Shown here: one piece after another, positions 1-12,630 of the stretch
Layout of the letters: every line of letters starts with the position of its first letter
Position numbering within the stretch: position 1 is the first letter of the stretch
Assembly: GCF_006345805.1 (NCBI RefSeq)
Contig: NC_043010.1
Location: forward strand, 24,180,001 to 24,244,000
DNA: 64,000 nucleotides
Source of the DNA: Octopus sinensis
Lineage: Eukaryota
Direction: 5' to 3'
The notes under the pieces: model-generated
What the model saw: the letters and a program-made list of their open reading frames with translations, nothing else
What the model was told of the DNA's origin: nothing
Databases searched by the model: none
Translations under genes and position numbers: made by a program

Positions 1-199
1 CCACTGTGTGGTGATTTGGCATGTGTCTTCTGCTGTAGCCTCAGACCAGCAAAAGCCTTCTCAGTGGAATTTGTACATATATACAGGCATACATACATAT
101 ATATACTTGCATACGTACATATTCGGCATAAACACTCTACCACTACAACGAATAGCTGTTGGGAACACTTTCAAACCTGCCTTACATTGGAACCGGAAT

Positions 200-3069
200 C
201 TCAACGCCCGAGTTTTCCATCTGAAGTTAATCTCTCTCATGGAGCTCATACAAAAAGGGCAAGTCTTTGGGCCCATACAATGTGACATGTACACAATCGA
301 GTGGCAAAAAAGGGGCCTTTCACATGCTCTTATCCTGCTTTGGCTCTCAGCGAAGATCAATTCCAATGACATCGACAAGATTATCTCTGCAGAGCTTCCT
401 GATCCAGCTTTAGACAAAGAACTATACGAAATAGTTAAAGTAAACATAGTACATGGTCCATGTGGGTATGGATTCAACATAAACTCACCATGCTTGAAGG
501 ACAGCATATGTTCAAAAAGATTTCCAAGGAGGTTCCTACAAGAAACTCAGACAGGTGCTGATGGGTATCCATCATACAGTCGCAGAAAACCAGAAAACGG
601 AGGTTTCACAGCAACTATCGGACAGCACAATATTGATAATAGATGGATTGTTCCATACTGCCCACTCCTGTCAAACACTTTCAATGCCCACATCAACGTT
701 GAGTTTTGCAACTCCGTTAAATCCATCAAGTACGTTTGCAAATATGTAAACAAGGGTTCTGACGCTGCAATGTTTGGACTTCAACAAGAATACTGCCAGG
801 ATGAGGTGACGCATTATCAGGTGGGACTGTACATAAGTAGCAACAAGGCTTTCTGGCGCATCTTTGGCTTTCCAATTCACCAACGACACCCCGCCATTCA
901 ACAGCTTGCAGTGCACCTGGAAAATGGTCAAAGAGTGTACTTCACCGATACTAATGCTTCTCTGTTGGCAGAGGAACCAAGGGATAGCACACGCACTGCA
1001 TTCTTCAAGCTTTGTCAAGTGGATCCATTCGCTCAAACCTTGCTGTATCCACAGATTCCATCGTACTACACTTGGAATGGAAAAAAATGGGCCCCACGGA
1101 AAGCAGGTCAAAATGTTCATGGATACCCTGGCATTAAGTTTCACACTTGTCTTGGGCGAGTATACACAGTGCATCCCACTCAACAAGAGTGCTTCTACCT
1201 TCGTCTACTACTGCATGAGGTCAGATGGCGAACGTCTTTCTAGGCCCTAAAAGCCGTTCATGGACATGTCTGCATAACATACAGAGAAGCCTGCTATCGA
1301 CAAGGTCTGTTAGAAGATGGTGCACAATGGGATTCAACTTTAGGAGAGGCTGCTTTATCACAATCACCTAAAAGTCTCAGGGCACTATTTGCAGTATTAC
1401 TACAGGCATGCGAACTGTGTGATCCGGCCACTCTATGGATCAAATATAGAGACAACCTGGCTGAAGACTTTCAGCGCCAAGCTCAACTGCTCTATCCTGA
1501 CATGGAGGGTATCAGTAATGAAATCTATAACAAAACACTCATTGACATTGAAGACAGAATTGCTAAACTGGGTGGAAATGAATTGTCGACGTATGGCCTG
1601 CCACAAGCATTCAGGTCAGGGTTAAAAAGCCTTCCCACCACTGTCATTCGTGAAACAACCTACGACACTCAAGCGCTTTCAAAGTACATTGTTGAAAATG
1701 AGCCTAAATTACTTCCGGACCAGCTGCAGGCCTACAGAACTATTCTTAACAGTGTACGCCAACGCGAGGGACGAATCTTCTTCCTCGATGCTCCTGGGGG
1801 GACAGTAAAAACATTTATTACAAAGCTTCTTGCAGAAGTTAGGCAGCATCTGGACATTGCAGTAGCTGTAGCCTCCTCTGGCATTGCAGCTACTTTGTTA
1901 CGCGGTGGCAGGACAGCACACTCACTTTTTAAACTCCTCAATTTAGCAGCATCCGAAATGCCTTCATGCAACATCAACAAAAGCTCAGATCAGGGACAAG
2001 TACTTAAAATGTGTTATCTAATTGTCTGGGATGAGTGCATTATGGCTCACAAGGGAGCTTTGGAAGCATTAGATAGAGCCCTGAAAGACATCCGAGACTG
2101 TTAGGCTCCAATGGGAGGTGTAACGCTTCTGTTGTCAGGTGATTTCAGGCAAACTCTTCCTGTCATTCCGAAAGGCAGTAGAACAGATGAAGTCCAAGCA
2201 TGCCTAAAGTCCTCTACCCTGTGGCATCATGTTACAATCCTCAGTCTCACCACTAACATGAGAGCTCAGCTACACGGCGACAAAATGTCCACAAAGTTTG
2301 TACAGGACATTTTGACACTTGGTGAAGGCAAGATGCCTCTCGATGCTGCAGGACAAATGGAAGTGTGGTCATTTTCCTCAGTTGTTAATTCTGTAGATGA
2401 CCTCAAAAACAAAGTCTTTCCCAATTTCACACAAAACTACCAAAATCACAATTGGCTGTGTGAAAGAGCAATATTAGCTCCAAAAAACGTCGCTGTTAAC
2501 AAAATTAATCAACAGCTAATGCATTCTCTTCCCGGCACTATACACACTTACAAGTCTGTTGATACAATTCCAGATATAAATGAAGTTGTGAACTATCCTC
2601 CTGAATTTCTCAATTCACTGGAGCCTCCTGGACTACCTCCACAAATATTAGCACTTAAAGTTGGAACTCCTGTAATGCTACTCCGCAATCTGGAACCACC
2701 AAGACTTTGCAATGGAACACGACTGGGGATAAAGAAAATGATATCACACGTTATCGAGGCGGTCATTCTTTCTGGATGTGGAAAAGGTGATGACGTCTAT
2801 ATTCCAAGATTTTCTCTTACTCCATCAGGAGCAGAAATTCCATTTACATTCAGAAGACTGCAATACCCCCTTTTCGTGTCAGCTTTGCCATGTCCATTAA
2901 CAAATCTCAGGGTCAAACCCTCTCTATAGCTGGTCTTCTCTTGGAAGAGCCCTGCTTCTCGCATGGGCAACTGTATGTTGGCTGCTCAAGAGTAGGAACC
3001 AAAAGAAACCTTTTTGTATATGCTCCACCAGGAAAAACAAGGAACATTGTTTACAACGAGGTGTTATAA
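200..3069 (+). pseudogene. Helitron Rep/PIF1-helicase, frameshifted
   Basis: Rep motifs EWQKRGLSHALIL (HUH second His lost) and KYVCKYVNKG. PIF1 motifs LDAPGGTVKT (Walker A G>V), VASSGIAATLL, WDEC, SGDFRQTLPV, ILAPKN, LLRNLEPPRLCNGTRL; after a frameshift FAMSINKSQGQTL...HGQLYVGCSRV. Stop TAA at 3067-3069. Confidence 0.95.
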
Positions 3070-3150
3070 TCTCAACAGCCAGGAGGTATATACATGATCC
3101 CCCTTTTTTAAAAAAAATTCATGTACTTTCATGTATTTATATTAATATAC

Positions 3151-3240
<90 letters not shown>

Positions 3241-3312
3241 CCATGTATATATAACAGAAAAGTCTAATTCTTCAATTGAATTTAACCGAGCAACGCCGAG
3301 TATCTCTGCTAG
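200..3312 (+). mobile_element. Helitron, 5'-truncated, with retained 3' terminus
   Basis: Rep-helicase coding remnant, then a (TA)n(GT)n tract, then CCGAGCAACGCCGAG (degenerate subterminal hairpin-type motif, 3286-3300) and terminal CTAG (3309-3312) followed by T. Confidence 0.9.
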
Positions 3313-3447
3313 TATATATATATATATATATATATATATGTCTGTGTGTATGTATGGATATATATATATATACATACATACAAACACACACACTGATATA
3401 GATAGGTAGATATATATATATATATATGATATGTATATATTTTTTTT

Positions 3448-3828
3448 TCTTGTTTCAGTCATTTTGACTGCGGCCATGCTGGAGCACCGCCTTTAATCGA
3501 GCAAGTCGACCCCGGGACTTATTCTTTTGTAATCCCAACACTTATTCTATCGGTCTCTTTTACCGAACCGCTAAGTTACGGGGACATAAACACACTAGCA
3601 TCGGTTGTCAAACACAGGGGGACAAACACAGACACACAAACATACACACACATATATATATACATATATACGACGGGCTTCTTTCAGTTTCCGTCTACAA
3701 AATCCACTCACAAGGCTTTGGTCGGCCCGAGGCTATAGTAGAAGACACTTGCCCAAGGTGCCACGCAGTGGGACTGAACTCGGAACCATGTGGTTGGTAA
3801 GCAAGCTACTTACCACACAGCCACTCCT
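3448..3828 (-). mobile_element. tRNA-derived SINE family A (CORE-like body, internal TA/TG microsatellite)
   Basis: Minus-strand head AGGAGTGGCTGTGTGGTAAGTAGC (A box) ... GAGTTCAGTCCC (B box), body GTGGCACCTTGGGCAAGTGTCTT resembling the CORE domain, tail ...CAGCATGGCCGCAGTC...GAAACA. Homologous to several other copies in the window. Confidence 0.9.
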
Positions 3829-3852
3829 ATATATTATATATATATTATACAT

Positions 3853-3885
<33 letters not shown>

Positions 3886-3929
3886 TATACACAGACATAC
3901 ACACTGATAAAGATAGGTAAATATATATT

Positions 3930-3973
<44 letters not shown>

Positions 3974-4596
3974 CATACATACATAGGTAAATAGATAGAG
4001 ATAGACAGATAAATAGATACAGAGAGAGAGAGAGAGAGAGAGATCTGATATATGTAATTTTCTTGAAGTGTTTTTTAGCGCGTGTGCGTTCCTTACTATC
4101 TTTCTGTCTCTTTTTCTAGTACTTCTTTCTTCCCCTCTCTCTCTCTTACTCTTTCACTCTTTAACAGCCTACCACCATCACTCTCATCTTTACTACCGCA
4201 CACTATAAACCATTGAATTGCTACAACGTTCACGAACACCAGAGCGGAGGCGTGAAGATCATGTAAGAAAACCAAGAGTTTCCACTTAACATGGAATGAA
4301 CGTGTGTCAAGATGCGTTAGCATTTACAGGACTTTTGCCAACTAATCTCTCACTATCAACAACAAATCATAATATTCTCTGGGAAACTATAGAACAGTTT
4401 CGCTACACAAAAACACAAACAAATATACAAAATCCAACACATTCGCCCTCACGTATTAGCATATATAAATTATATAAATTTCCATGGTGTATGCATATGT
4501 ATGCAACGTGAGATACAGATGTGTGTCTATACTAACTGACATACGACAATGCAAATAAACACAAACGCATATATGTATATGTATGTATATATATAT

Positions 4597-4662
<66 letters not shown>

Positions 4663-4728
4663 TGTATGTATGTATGTATGTATGTATGTATGCATATATA
4701 TATATATATATATATATAGCAAAATTTA

Positions 4729-5242
4729 GGAACGGCCATAATAGGCCGTTCAACCCACTAGAAATAGCAGCCAAGGCTTCAACCGCAAAACAATATTAAT
4801 TCCGTAAACCAGGAGAAAATTTAAAAGCATTTACCCTGTAATACCTTATACAATGCATCGTTTCGTCTATTTTTTAATGGTAAATCAACTTGATTAAATT
4901 AAATCAAGCTAATCTTCCATAGGCCAATAAATTCATCAGTAAGGTAAGCCAGACGGGACAGATATTTGCACGAGGCAGCACCACTACTGTTTCGGCTATA
5001 TCTGACCTAAACTTTTCAAATCATCGTACTCGCGCCAAATTTATCGGCAGCAAATATAAGCTGCCGATTCCATTTCGGAATTAAACAGAAAATTCATAAT
5101 TAATCAATATAGGGTGGCAAAAAAATTCAGCAGAAATTATTTGCCACCAGCGGCCTAGTGGGAAAAAAGTAAATAGTCAGAGACCATTAATAAATTCAAC
5201 AGCATTAATAAATTCAAAAATTTTTTTGCCACCCTATATTGA

Positions 5243-5250
<8 letters not shown>
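4729..5250 (-). repeat. Dispersed monomer of the ~494-bp repeat, with an extra 32-bp inverted arm
   Basis: Reverse complement aligns by eye over ~490 bp with the unit at 29192-31000. Perfect 32-bp inverted repeat at 5096-5127/5219-5250; embedded in (TA)n. Confidence 0.85.
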
Positions 5251-5306
<56 letters not shown>

Positions 5307-5307
5307 C

Positions 5308-5380
<73 letters not shown>

Positions 5381-5491
5381 TATCTGTGCTTGTGTGTGCG
5401 TATATATATATATGCATGTGTGTGTATGTATGAATATATGTATGGAGATTGATATAAAAATGGACGCTGTGCTTTTCCCCATCCGACCTTA

Positions 5492-6018
5492 TGTCGTAGA
5501 CTTGCTATGGGCACCTGTCCATACGGTATAACAGGAAAAAAAAAAAAAAGTGCCCCCACCTCCACCCCAAATACTGTCCTAAATACGGATGCATAAGAGG
5601 CAATGGATGCACCTTATTCCATCCTAAACTGTGCCAAACTTCTGTCTCACAAAGGATGTGCCTGAACCCAGAATGCAACCACCACCATCTGAAGGGCATA
5701 AAACGATCACAGAATAGATATAAACAGGAACAGAGGAAATCTAGGACAACAACAAGAACAAAATACAACCACGTCTCCCCTCCTACAATCAAACAACGTA
5801 GACAGAACCATGAAAAAACACCAAATAACGCCAACTTGAAATATGTATCCTCTGACCAAGTGGCAAACCAAACAAGCAACTCTTTTTTACTGACATACCT
5901 GGAAAATATGAAGGCCGACCTAAGCCAGGAGATCCAGCGAGCCATCACCAACCATCTATGCAAATCACAAGGACCACTCACCCATTACCAACTTCCCTTA
6001 CCTCGACATTCCTGTTAA
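5492..6018 (+). pseudogene. LINE ORF1 C-terminal part with three CCCH-like zinc fingers
   Basis: CRRLAMGTCPYGITG(K)n [frameshift in poly-A] CPHLH; CPKYGCIRGNGCTLFH; CQTSVSQRMCLNPECNHHH. Overlaps the ORF2 start. Confidence 0.7.
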
Positions 6019-8942
6019 ATGTACGTGGCATCAATCCATCAATTATTGCCCAAAAATGGAAGATCCCATATATAGAGAGTTGGCTTGCCGAAATGGCACA
6101 TTGCTTCCCTTTCTTTATCCTTACCGAGACTCACCTGAACAACACCCATATGGACGCAGAGGTGAAAATAAAAGATTTCACCATTGTTCGTGCGGATCGC
6201 ACAGACCGAAATAAGGGAGGGACAGCCATCTTTATCCATGACTCCTTTTCACTTGATGCCAAGGACACATTTTCCAATGGCTACTGTGAATCGGTATCAC
6301 TATACAACAAAGCCAAGGACATAACCATTGATGGTCTTTACAGGCCTCCCCAGGCACCTCTAAAGTACTTTGAAGAGTGCCTTAGCAAAGTCAAGTCCTT
6401 CCTTCGGAAGTACCACTCCGGAAACATACTAGTAATGGGTGATTTTAACCTCCCTCATGTGAACTGGCCTACAAATACTCCGAAGTTAGGCAAGTGCTCT
6501 ACATCAGAACTGCTCTTTAATCTGATGGATGAGTATTTCCTGACTCAGCTAGTGCTTGAACCAACGAGACAGAATAAAACGATCTTGGATCTGGTATTGA
6601 CCAATCACTCTAGCTACGTTCACAGCATTTCAGTCGAAAAAACTCTCCTCTCAGACCACGACATGGTACTCTGCAATCTTAATTCCCGACATATAAAAAC
6701 CAAACCAGCCAATCCCACTCCATGGCACCCATTTGACAACATAAACTTCCACAAAGCGGACTGGGGAACAATCAGAAAGGATCTGTCTTCCATCGACTGG
6801 TCTTTTACTCTCAATTCCCCTCATATTGAGACCGCGTGGCAGCACTTTGAAACCATTGTCACCTATACATGCTCCAAACACGCTCCCAAGAAATCTATTA
6901 ACACAAACAAAAACCGGCTCCCTAAAAAGAAAAAAAAACACTCATCAGGCGCATCAAAAGACTCAACAAAAAAATCAACCAATTAAAATATTTCCACACA
7001 CAACATCCACATTCAACAACAATGAAAAGACTAGAGCTGGAAAAACTTCATCTGCAGACTAACATGAAAACCTCCATTGAAAATCAAAGAGCTGTGGAGG
7101 AACAATGGGTAATCAAAAACATCAAACAGAACCCAAAAGTGTTCTATTCTTATGCAAATAAGCATAGAACCACTGTCTCACCCATTGGGCCATTGATTGA
7201 TGATAACGGCTTTCCCCAACACGATGCTAAAGAAATGGCAGAAATACTGCAGAAACAATACTGATATTAACGTGAAGGAAACGAACGAAGTTGACTCCCA
7301 ACACAAAATCGCAGACATAACCTTCACTGCCAAAGACATCGTAGTAGCAATAAATGAGGTCAAGCATTACTCTGCTGTAGGCCCTGATAGATTTCCCGCT
7401 AGTCTCCTGAAGGAATGTAGATATCAACTTGCAGTCCCTCTGACCAACCTCTGGAGAAACTCGTTAGACGCAGGTTATATACCGAAACAGTTTCTATCCC
7501 AGTCGGTCATCCCGGTTTTCAAACAGGGAAACAGATCCCTCGCAGTCAACTATCGCCCAATCTCACTCACCTCCCACATCATTAAAGTGTTTGAAAGAGT
7601 GTTAAGATCAAGGATAGCTGACTTCCTGGAGACCCACAAACTCCTAAATTCAAATCAGCATGGCTTTCGCTGTGGCAGGGACTGTCTAACACAGCTCTTA
7701 CACCACATTGAAGATGTACTCAAAGCCTTGGGAACAGGTTCGAACTCTGACGTCATATATCTTGACTTCAGTAAAGCGTTCGACAGGGTAGACCATAACA
7801 TCCTACTCTCGAAATTGGCAAATGTTGCAATCCGTGGAAAAGTTCTACACTGGATTAAGTATTTCCTGGCGAATAGAACGCAACATGTTGTAGTTGATGG
7901 AGTCCACTCAAACCCAGCAAAAGTCACCAGCGGTGTTCCCCAGGGAACTGTTTTGGGTCCGCTACTCTTCATAATTTACGTAAACGACCTTTCCAGTGTC
8001 GTACATCACTGCAAAGTGAAAATATTCGCTGATTACCCTAAGCTCCAGCAAATCGTCAATGAAGAAGTAGACCGAACTCAACTCCAGTCTGATCTATATG
8101 CTGTGAGTCAATGGGCAGACAGAAACAAAATGCAACTGAATGAGGGAAAATTTGAGCTGATGCATTTTGGAAGAAATTCCTCACTAAAACAACCATACTC
8201 TCTTCCTTCAGGGGAACCGCTCACAGCCTCTAACAATATCAGAGACCTGGGTGTAATTGTTGATGACGATCTCAGTTGGAGTGCACACATCAACAAGAAG
8301 GTTGATATAGCTCGTAGGATGAGTTCCTGGATCTTAAGAACTTTCCGGTCCTGAGAACAAGGTGTCATCATACCACTTTTTTCCTCCTTTGTACGGCCAC
8401 ACCTTGAATACTGCTGCCCACTGTGGTCTCCTCACACAACACAAAACATCTCCAGAATTGAGTCACCCCAGAGGACTCTCACTAAACAAATTGAAGGCAT
8501 GGCTGCTCTCGATTATTGGGATCGCCTTAAAACCTTGAAACTTTACTCCCTCCAGCGTCGCCGTGAGCGGTACATCATTTGTACGATGTGGAAAATATAC
8601 CGCCAACTTTGCCCAAACGACCTAAACATTAGCTTCAAGGTCCATCCAAGACTTGGACCACGGGCTATACGTCCCCTGCCAAATTCAAGATCACAACATA
8701 CATGTACACTGCAACATAATTTCTTTTCCTCAACAGGCCCTGCCCTATTTAACATTGTCCCGAGGGAGATCAAAGAGGAAAAGGATCCCATCAATTTTAA
8801 ACAGAGTCTGGATAGATTCCTTCAAAGAATACCAGATAAGCCACCCATAATTGGATACAACTCACCCAACGAGAACTCACTACTTGAACAAAACTGGATA
8901 CAACTCACCAAACAAGAACTACTTGAACAAAACTTGACTTAA
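5958..8942 (+). pseudogene. LINE ORF2 (APE endonuclease + reverse transcriptase)
   Basis: APE: LLNVRG, LTETHL, LYRPP, MGDFNLP, LDLVLTN, SDHD. RT: NYRPISLTS, QHGFR, YLDFSKAFDRVDH, SGVPQGTVLGPLLF, FADY (catalytic D lost). Frameshifts near 6935 and 7260; TGA at 8352. Confidence 0.95.
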
Positions 8943-8984
8943 ACAGGATTCGAATATATATATATATATATAATATATGTATGC

Positions 8985-9015
<31 letters not shown>

Positions 9016-9139
9016 TATATATATATATATATATTATATATATATATATATAATAACAATTTAATAAATAAAACATATGCATACATACATACATATATGT
9101 ACATACCTACATCTATATGTATACATACATGCATATATA

Positions 9140-10732
9140 CAGTTGCGGCCAAAATGTTCAGAACGGCATTGTTTTTGTCAGAAAAGTAGGTATAAGTTTT
9201 TATTAAAGTTGTTTTATATTCTATAATTTTCTCAGACAATAAATACAATATTAATTGGTATTGTCTGAGATTTTGGTGTAATTTGAGTGGATAATGCAAA
9301 GGTTATGGATGATATAGTTATTTACTGCAAAACCCATTGCGGCCAAAATTATCAGAACGATTGAAAAAAATAACAAAATAATAAAAAATGACAGAGAATG
9401 CTGGAATTATTTCATATTTAGTGTGAACCCCTTTAGCTTCCATCAAACTTTGACATCTTCGACTGCATGAGGAAATTAAATTTTTAATTTCTTGCTGGGT
9501 GATCTTATTCCATTCTTCCTGAAGGGCATTCCATAATTGCTCGGTTGTTTTAGGATATCTGGCTTTCGAACGTTCTCCAAGGTCCATTTTCAATACACAT
9601 TTTCAATAGGATTGAGATTTGGGCTTTGAGCAGGCCAATCCATAACAATAACCTTTTCAGCCTTGAGGAAGTTCATGACCACCTTAGCCTTGTGACATGG
9701 GGCATTGTCCTGCATGAATATGGGCTGTCGCTTAGTTGAATTTATCAGAACAGGCAACACATGATCTTTTACAAGTTATTTATAAACTCCTGCATTTACC
9801 TTTCCGTGTAATCGCACCAAAGGCCCACACCATCTCCAGATATCATCCCCCAAACCATGATACTTCTTCCACCGAATTTAACACTAGTCTTAAAGCATTT
9901 TAGGCATCTGAGCCAAATAACATAGACTTAGATTCATTACTGAAATGCACCGTTTGCCATTTTTCTTGAGAACACAACACATGTTCGGTTGCAAAGGTAA
10001 GACGACACTTTTTATTCTTGAAGCTGATCAGTGGCTTCACTGCAGGTGCTCTTGCTTGTAGGTCATGTTCAACTAAACGACGAGACAGTTTTTCGAGATA
10101 AAGTTTTCTTCAGTACAATGCTCATTTTCCGAGAAACAGCAGCAGCAGTTTTAAATCTATCTTTTTTAACCAACTTTACCATAGCACGATCTTCTCTCTT
10201 GGTCGTTTTTCTCGGCCTACCTGTAGACTTTCTTGCTTCACATGAACCACAATCATCGTAGACCTTAAGAATACCGTCAATAACACTTTTTGACTTGTTA
10301 ACAATCTTTGCAATAGACACAATACTTAAATTATCCTTCTTTCGAAGCTTAATAATCTGCTGACGAATTGGTAACGGAGTAAGTGGCATTATATTAACAA
10401 GGTACACTGCAGATATTCTTACGGCGTCTTTAGTAAATGAACCGTCACGTAGACAAATTCAAAACATTAGAGTTCGCTGGTTAAATATACTAAAACATGG
10501 AGTAAAAGCAACCATTCTGATCATTTTGGCCGCAATGGGTTTTGCAGTAAATCGATAAATCATCCATAACTTTTGTATTATCCTCTCAAATTACACCAAA
10601 ATCTCAGACAATAACAAATAATATCGTATTTATTGTCTGTGAAAATTATAGAATAGAAAACAACTTTGATAAAAATTTATACCTACTTTTTTGACGAAAA
10701 CAATGCCGTTCTGAACATTTTGGCCGCAACTG
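9140..10732 (-). mobile_element. Tc1 transposon of IR/DR type, 1593 bp, TA target duplication
   Basis: TA|CAGTTGCGGCCAAAATG ... CATTTTGGCCGCAACTG|TA. ~220-bp TIRs (9140-9359, 10513-10732), each with an inner direct repeat TTGCGGCCAAAA(T/A)T(G/A)TCAGAA. Confidence 0.95.
9414..10389 (-). pseudogene. Tc1 DD34E transposase, disrupted
   Basis: HTH region with GRPRKTT, FSNESK (first D>N), FMQDNAPCH, then WPAQSPNLNPIE with 34 residues between D and E, C-terminus ...AKGVHTKY. Several frameshifts. Confidence 0.93.
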
Positions 10733-10738
10733 TATATA

Positions 10739-11043
10739 TATGAGCATAGGACACCACAAATAAACGTAGAACACAACGAGAAACGAAAACATAAAAACAA
10801 ACAAGGAAACGGACTCTTTTTAACAACGAAAAAACAGAGTACAAGACAAACAATACAAGGAATATTCCCCTTCATCAGCTGCCCCTGGTTCGACCAGGGG
10901 CAGCTGATGAAGGGGAATATTCCTTGTATTTCTTGTCTTGTACTCTGTTTTTTCGTTGTTAAAAAGAGTCCGTTTCCTTGTTTGTTTTTATGTTTTCATT
11001 TCTCGTTGTGTTCTACGTTTATTTGTGGTGTCCTGTACTCATA
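10739..11043. repeat. 305-bp fold-back palindrome (151-bp arms, TCG loop)
   Basis: Arms symmetric about 10891 with about 5 mismatches. Arm homologous to 62560-62725 and more distantly to 62960-63110. Confidence 0.93.
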
Positions 11044-11374
11044 CATATATATGTAGGTATGTACATATATGTACGTATGTATGCATATGTTTTATTTATT
11101 AAATTGTTATTATATGACTGAACGCCTCGCGTCACTTTCTTATTTTTCCAAGTAAATTTTTATTATATATATATATATATATATATATAGTTATATACGA
11201 AAACGAGTACTCAACGCCGCATTATTTGTGAATTAAGGCTACCATTCATTTCATATTATGTAACGTAGGAAAATATCGTAGTCTCTTAACAATCTTTCAA
11301 GCCGACCACATGGAGAAAGGGGTTCGACTCCATTTTGGAAAACATAACCTTCTGTGTTGCATATATGTATATAT

Positions 11375-11423
<49 letters not shown>

Positions 11424-11541
11424 TGATAGGGCACAGAAAGTGTGTCTACAGCCAGCTGGAGGAGGTGTCTTCCTGGGGCTACAAACTACAGTAGCATCCA
11501 CCCTTAGGGGTTAGCCATATTCAAATGGCAAATATACGTCA

Positions 11542-11575
<34 letters not shown>

Positions 11576-12263
11576 AAAGCGTGATGCAGAAGGCACGAAA
11601 TGATGCTAAGAAATGTTTGGGCACAAAGCAAATGTTCCACTCTCTACTATAATGTTTAACGTTGTTTGACAATAGCAATCATAACTCCAGTTAAGCAAGC
11701 CTGCAGAATTCGTGCCACCATACAGAAATAGGAATACGGAAAATGTAACTGGCATCTGATACTTCACATGAGTTATAAGTGTGTTTATATCAGTTACAGC
11801 CAGCGATAAGACATAAATCAGTAGTCCTTGTTACACAATATAATACAGTCGGCTTTGCTTGTCAGCATCATCAGCAAAGAGTGCGACATAATGAAAAGTG
11901 CAGAGCCTGCTGACGAAGGGTAACGAATTCTTCTTATAGCGTAATATGTCTTATATCTTACGTAACTACATCGGCAGGCATACTGAAACATGTGTACAGT
12001 ATATGGAGCATTACATACCGGTTTCAGTTATTGTATCTTTTTTCTGTATAGTTATACATACATACATGAGTGTATGTATGTATGTATGTATGTATGTATG
12101 TATGTATGTATGTATGTATGTATACATGTATGTATGTATGTATGTACATATACATATCAATATAACTGCACAGAAAATGAACACAGAAATGAAATCACTA
12201 TTTTATGATTTATGTAATGTACGCGTATTTCATTAAACCGGCCTTGTTTACGACGTAATATAT

Positions 12264-12630
12264 TTACCAACCACATGGTTCTGGGTTGAGTCCTTCTACG
12301 TGGCACCTTGGGCAGACGAAAGCGTTGTCAGTCGATTTGCTAGACGAAAAGTGAAAGAAGCCCATCGCATATATGTATATACATATATATGCATGTGTGT
12401 GTGTGTGTTTGTGTGTGCGTGTGCATGAGCGTGTGTGCGACTTTGTGTCCCTATTTGTCCCTTGCCACCGCTTGACAACCGGTGTTGGTGTGTTTATGCC
12501 TCAGTAACTCACCAGCTCGGCAAACCAGACCGATAGAACAGATACCGGGCTTAAAGGAAATTACCGGCGTCGATTCGTTCCACTTAAAATTCCTCAAGCT
12601 AGTGCCCCAGCATGGTCGCTGTCTAATAAA
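12264..12630 (+). mobile_element. SINE family A, degraded, head truncated
   Basis: TTACCAACCACATGGTTC...GTGGCACCTTGGGCA...GAAAGAAGCCC...(TG)n...CTTGACAACCGG...CCCCAGCATGG. Confidence 0.8.

Larger units (their letters stand above)
5445..8953 (+). mobile_element. CR1/L2-group LINE, near full-length, 5'-truncated in ORF1
   Basis: ORF1 remnant with CCCH fingers, then APE-RT ORF2, ending at a (TA)n tract. ~40-bp tandem duplication at the 3' end (8853-8935). Confidence 0.93.

Noticed and set aside
3780-3828. tRNA genes in SINE heads (also 13115, 23050, 57545)
   Set aside because: A/B boxes are present but there is no full cloverleaf, and each continues into a SINE body.
10900-10930. CTGATGAAGGGG...CCTT in the palindrome as a hammerhead
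   Set aside because: The stem is followed by GTATT, not GAAA; no NUH or stem I.
12264-12285. SINE-A copy truncated near the E1/E2 target site as extra evidence of targeting
   Set aside because: No element-derived 3' end or TSD beside it; ordinary truncation explains it.
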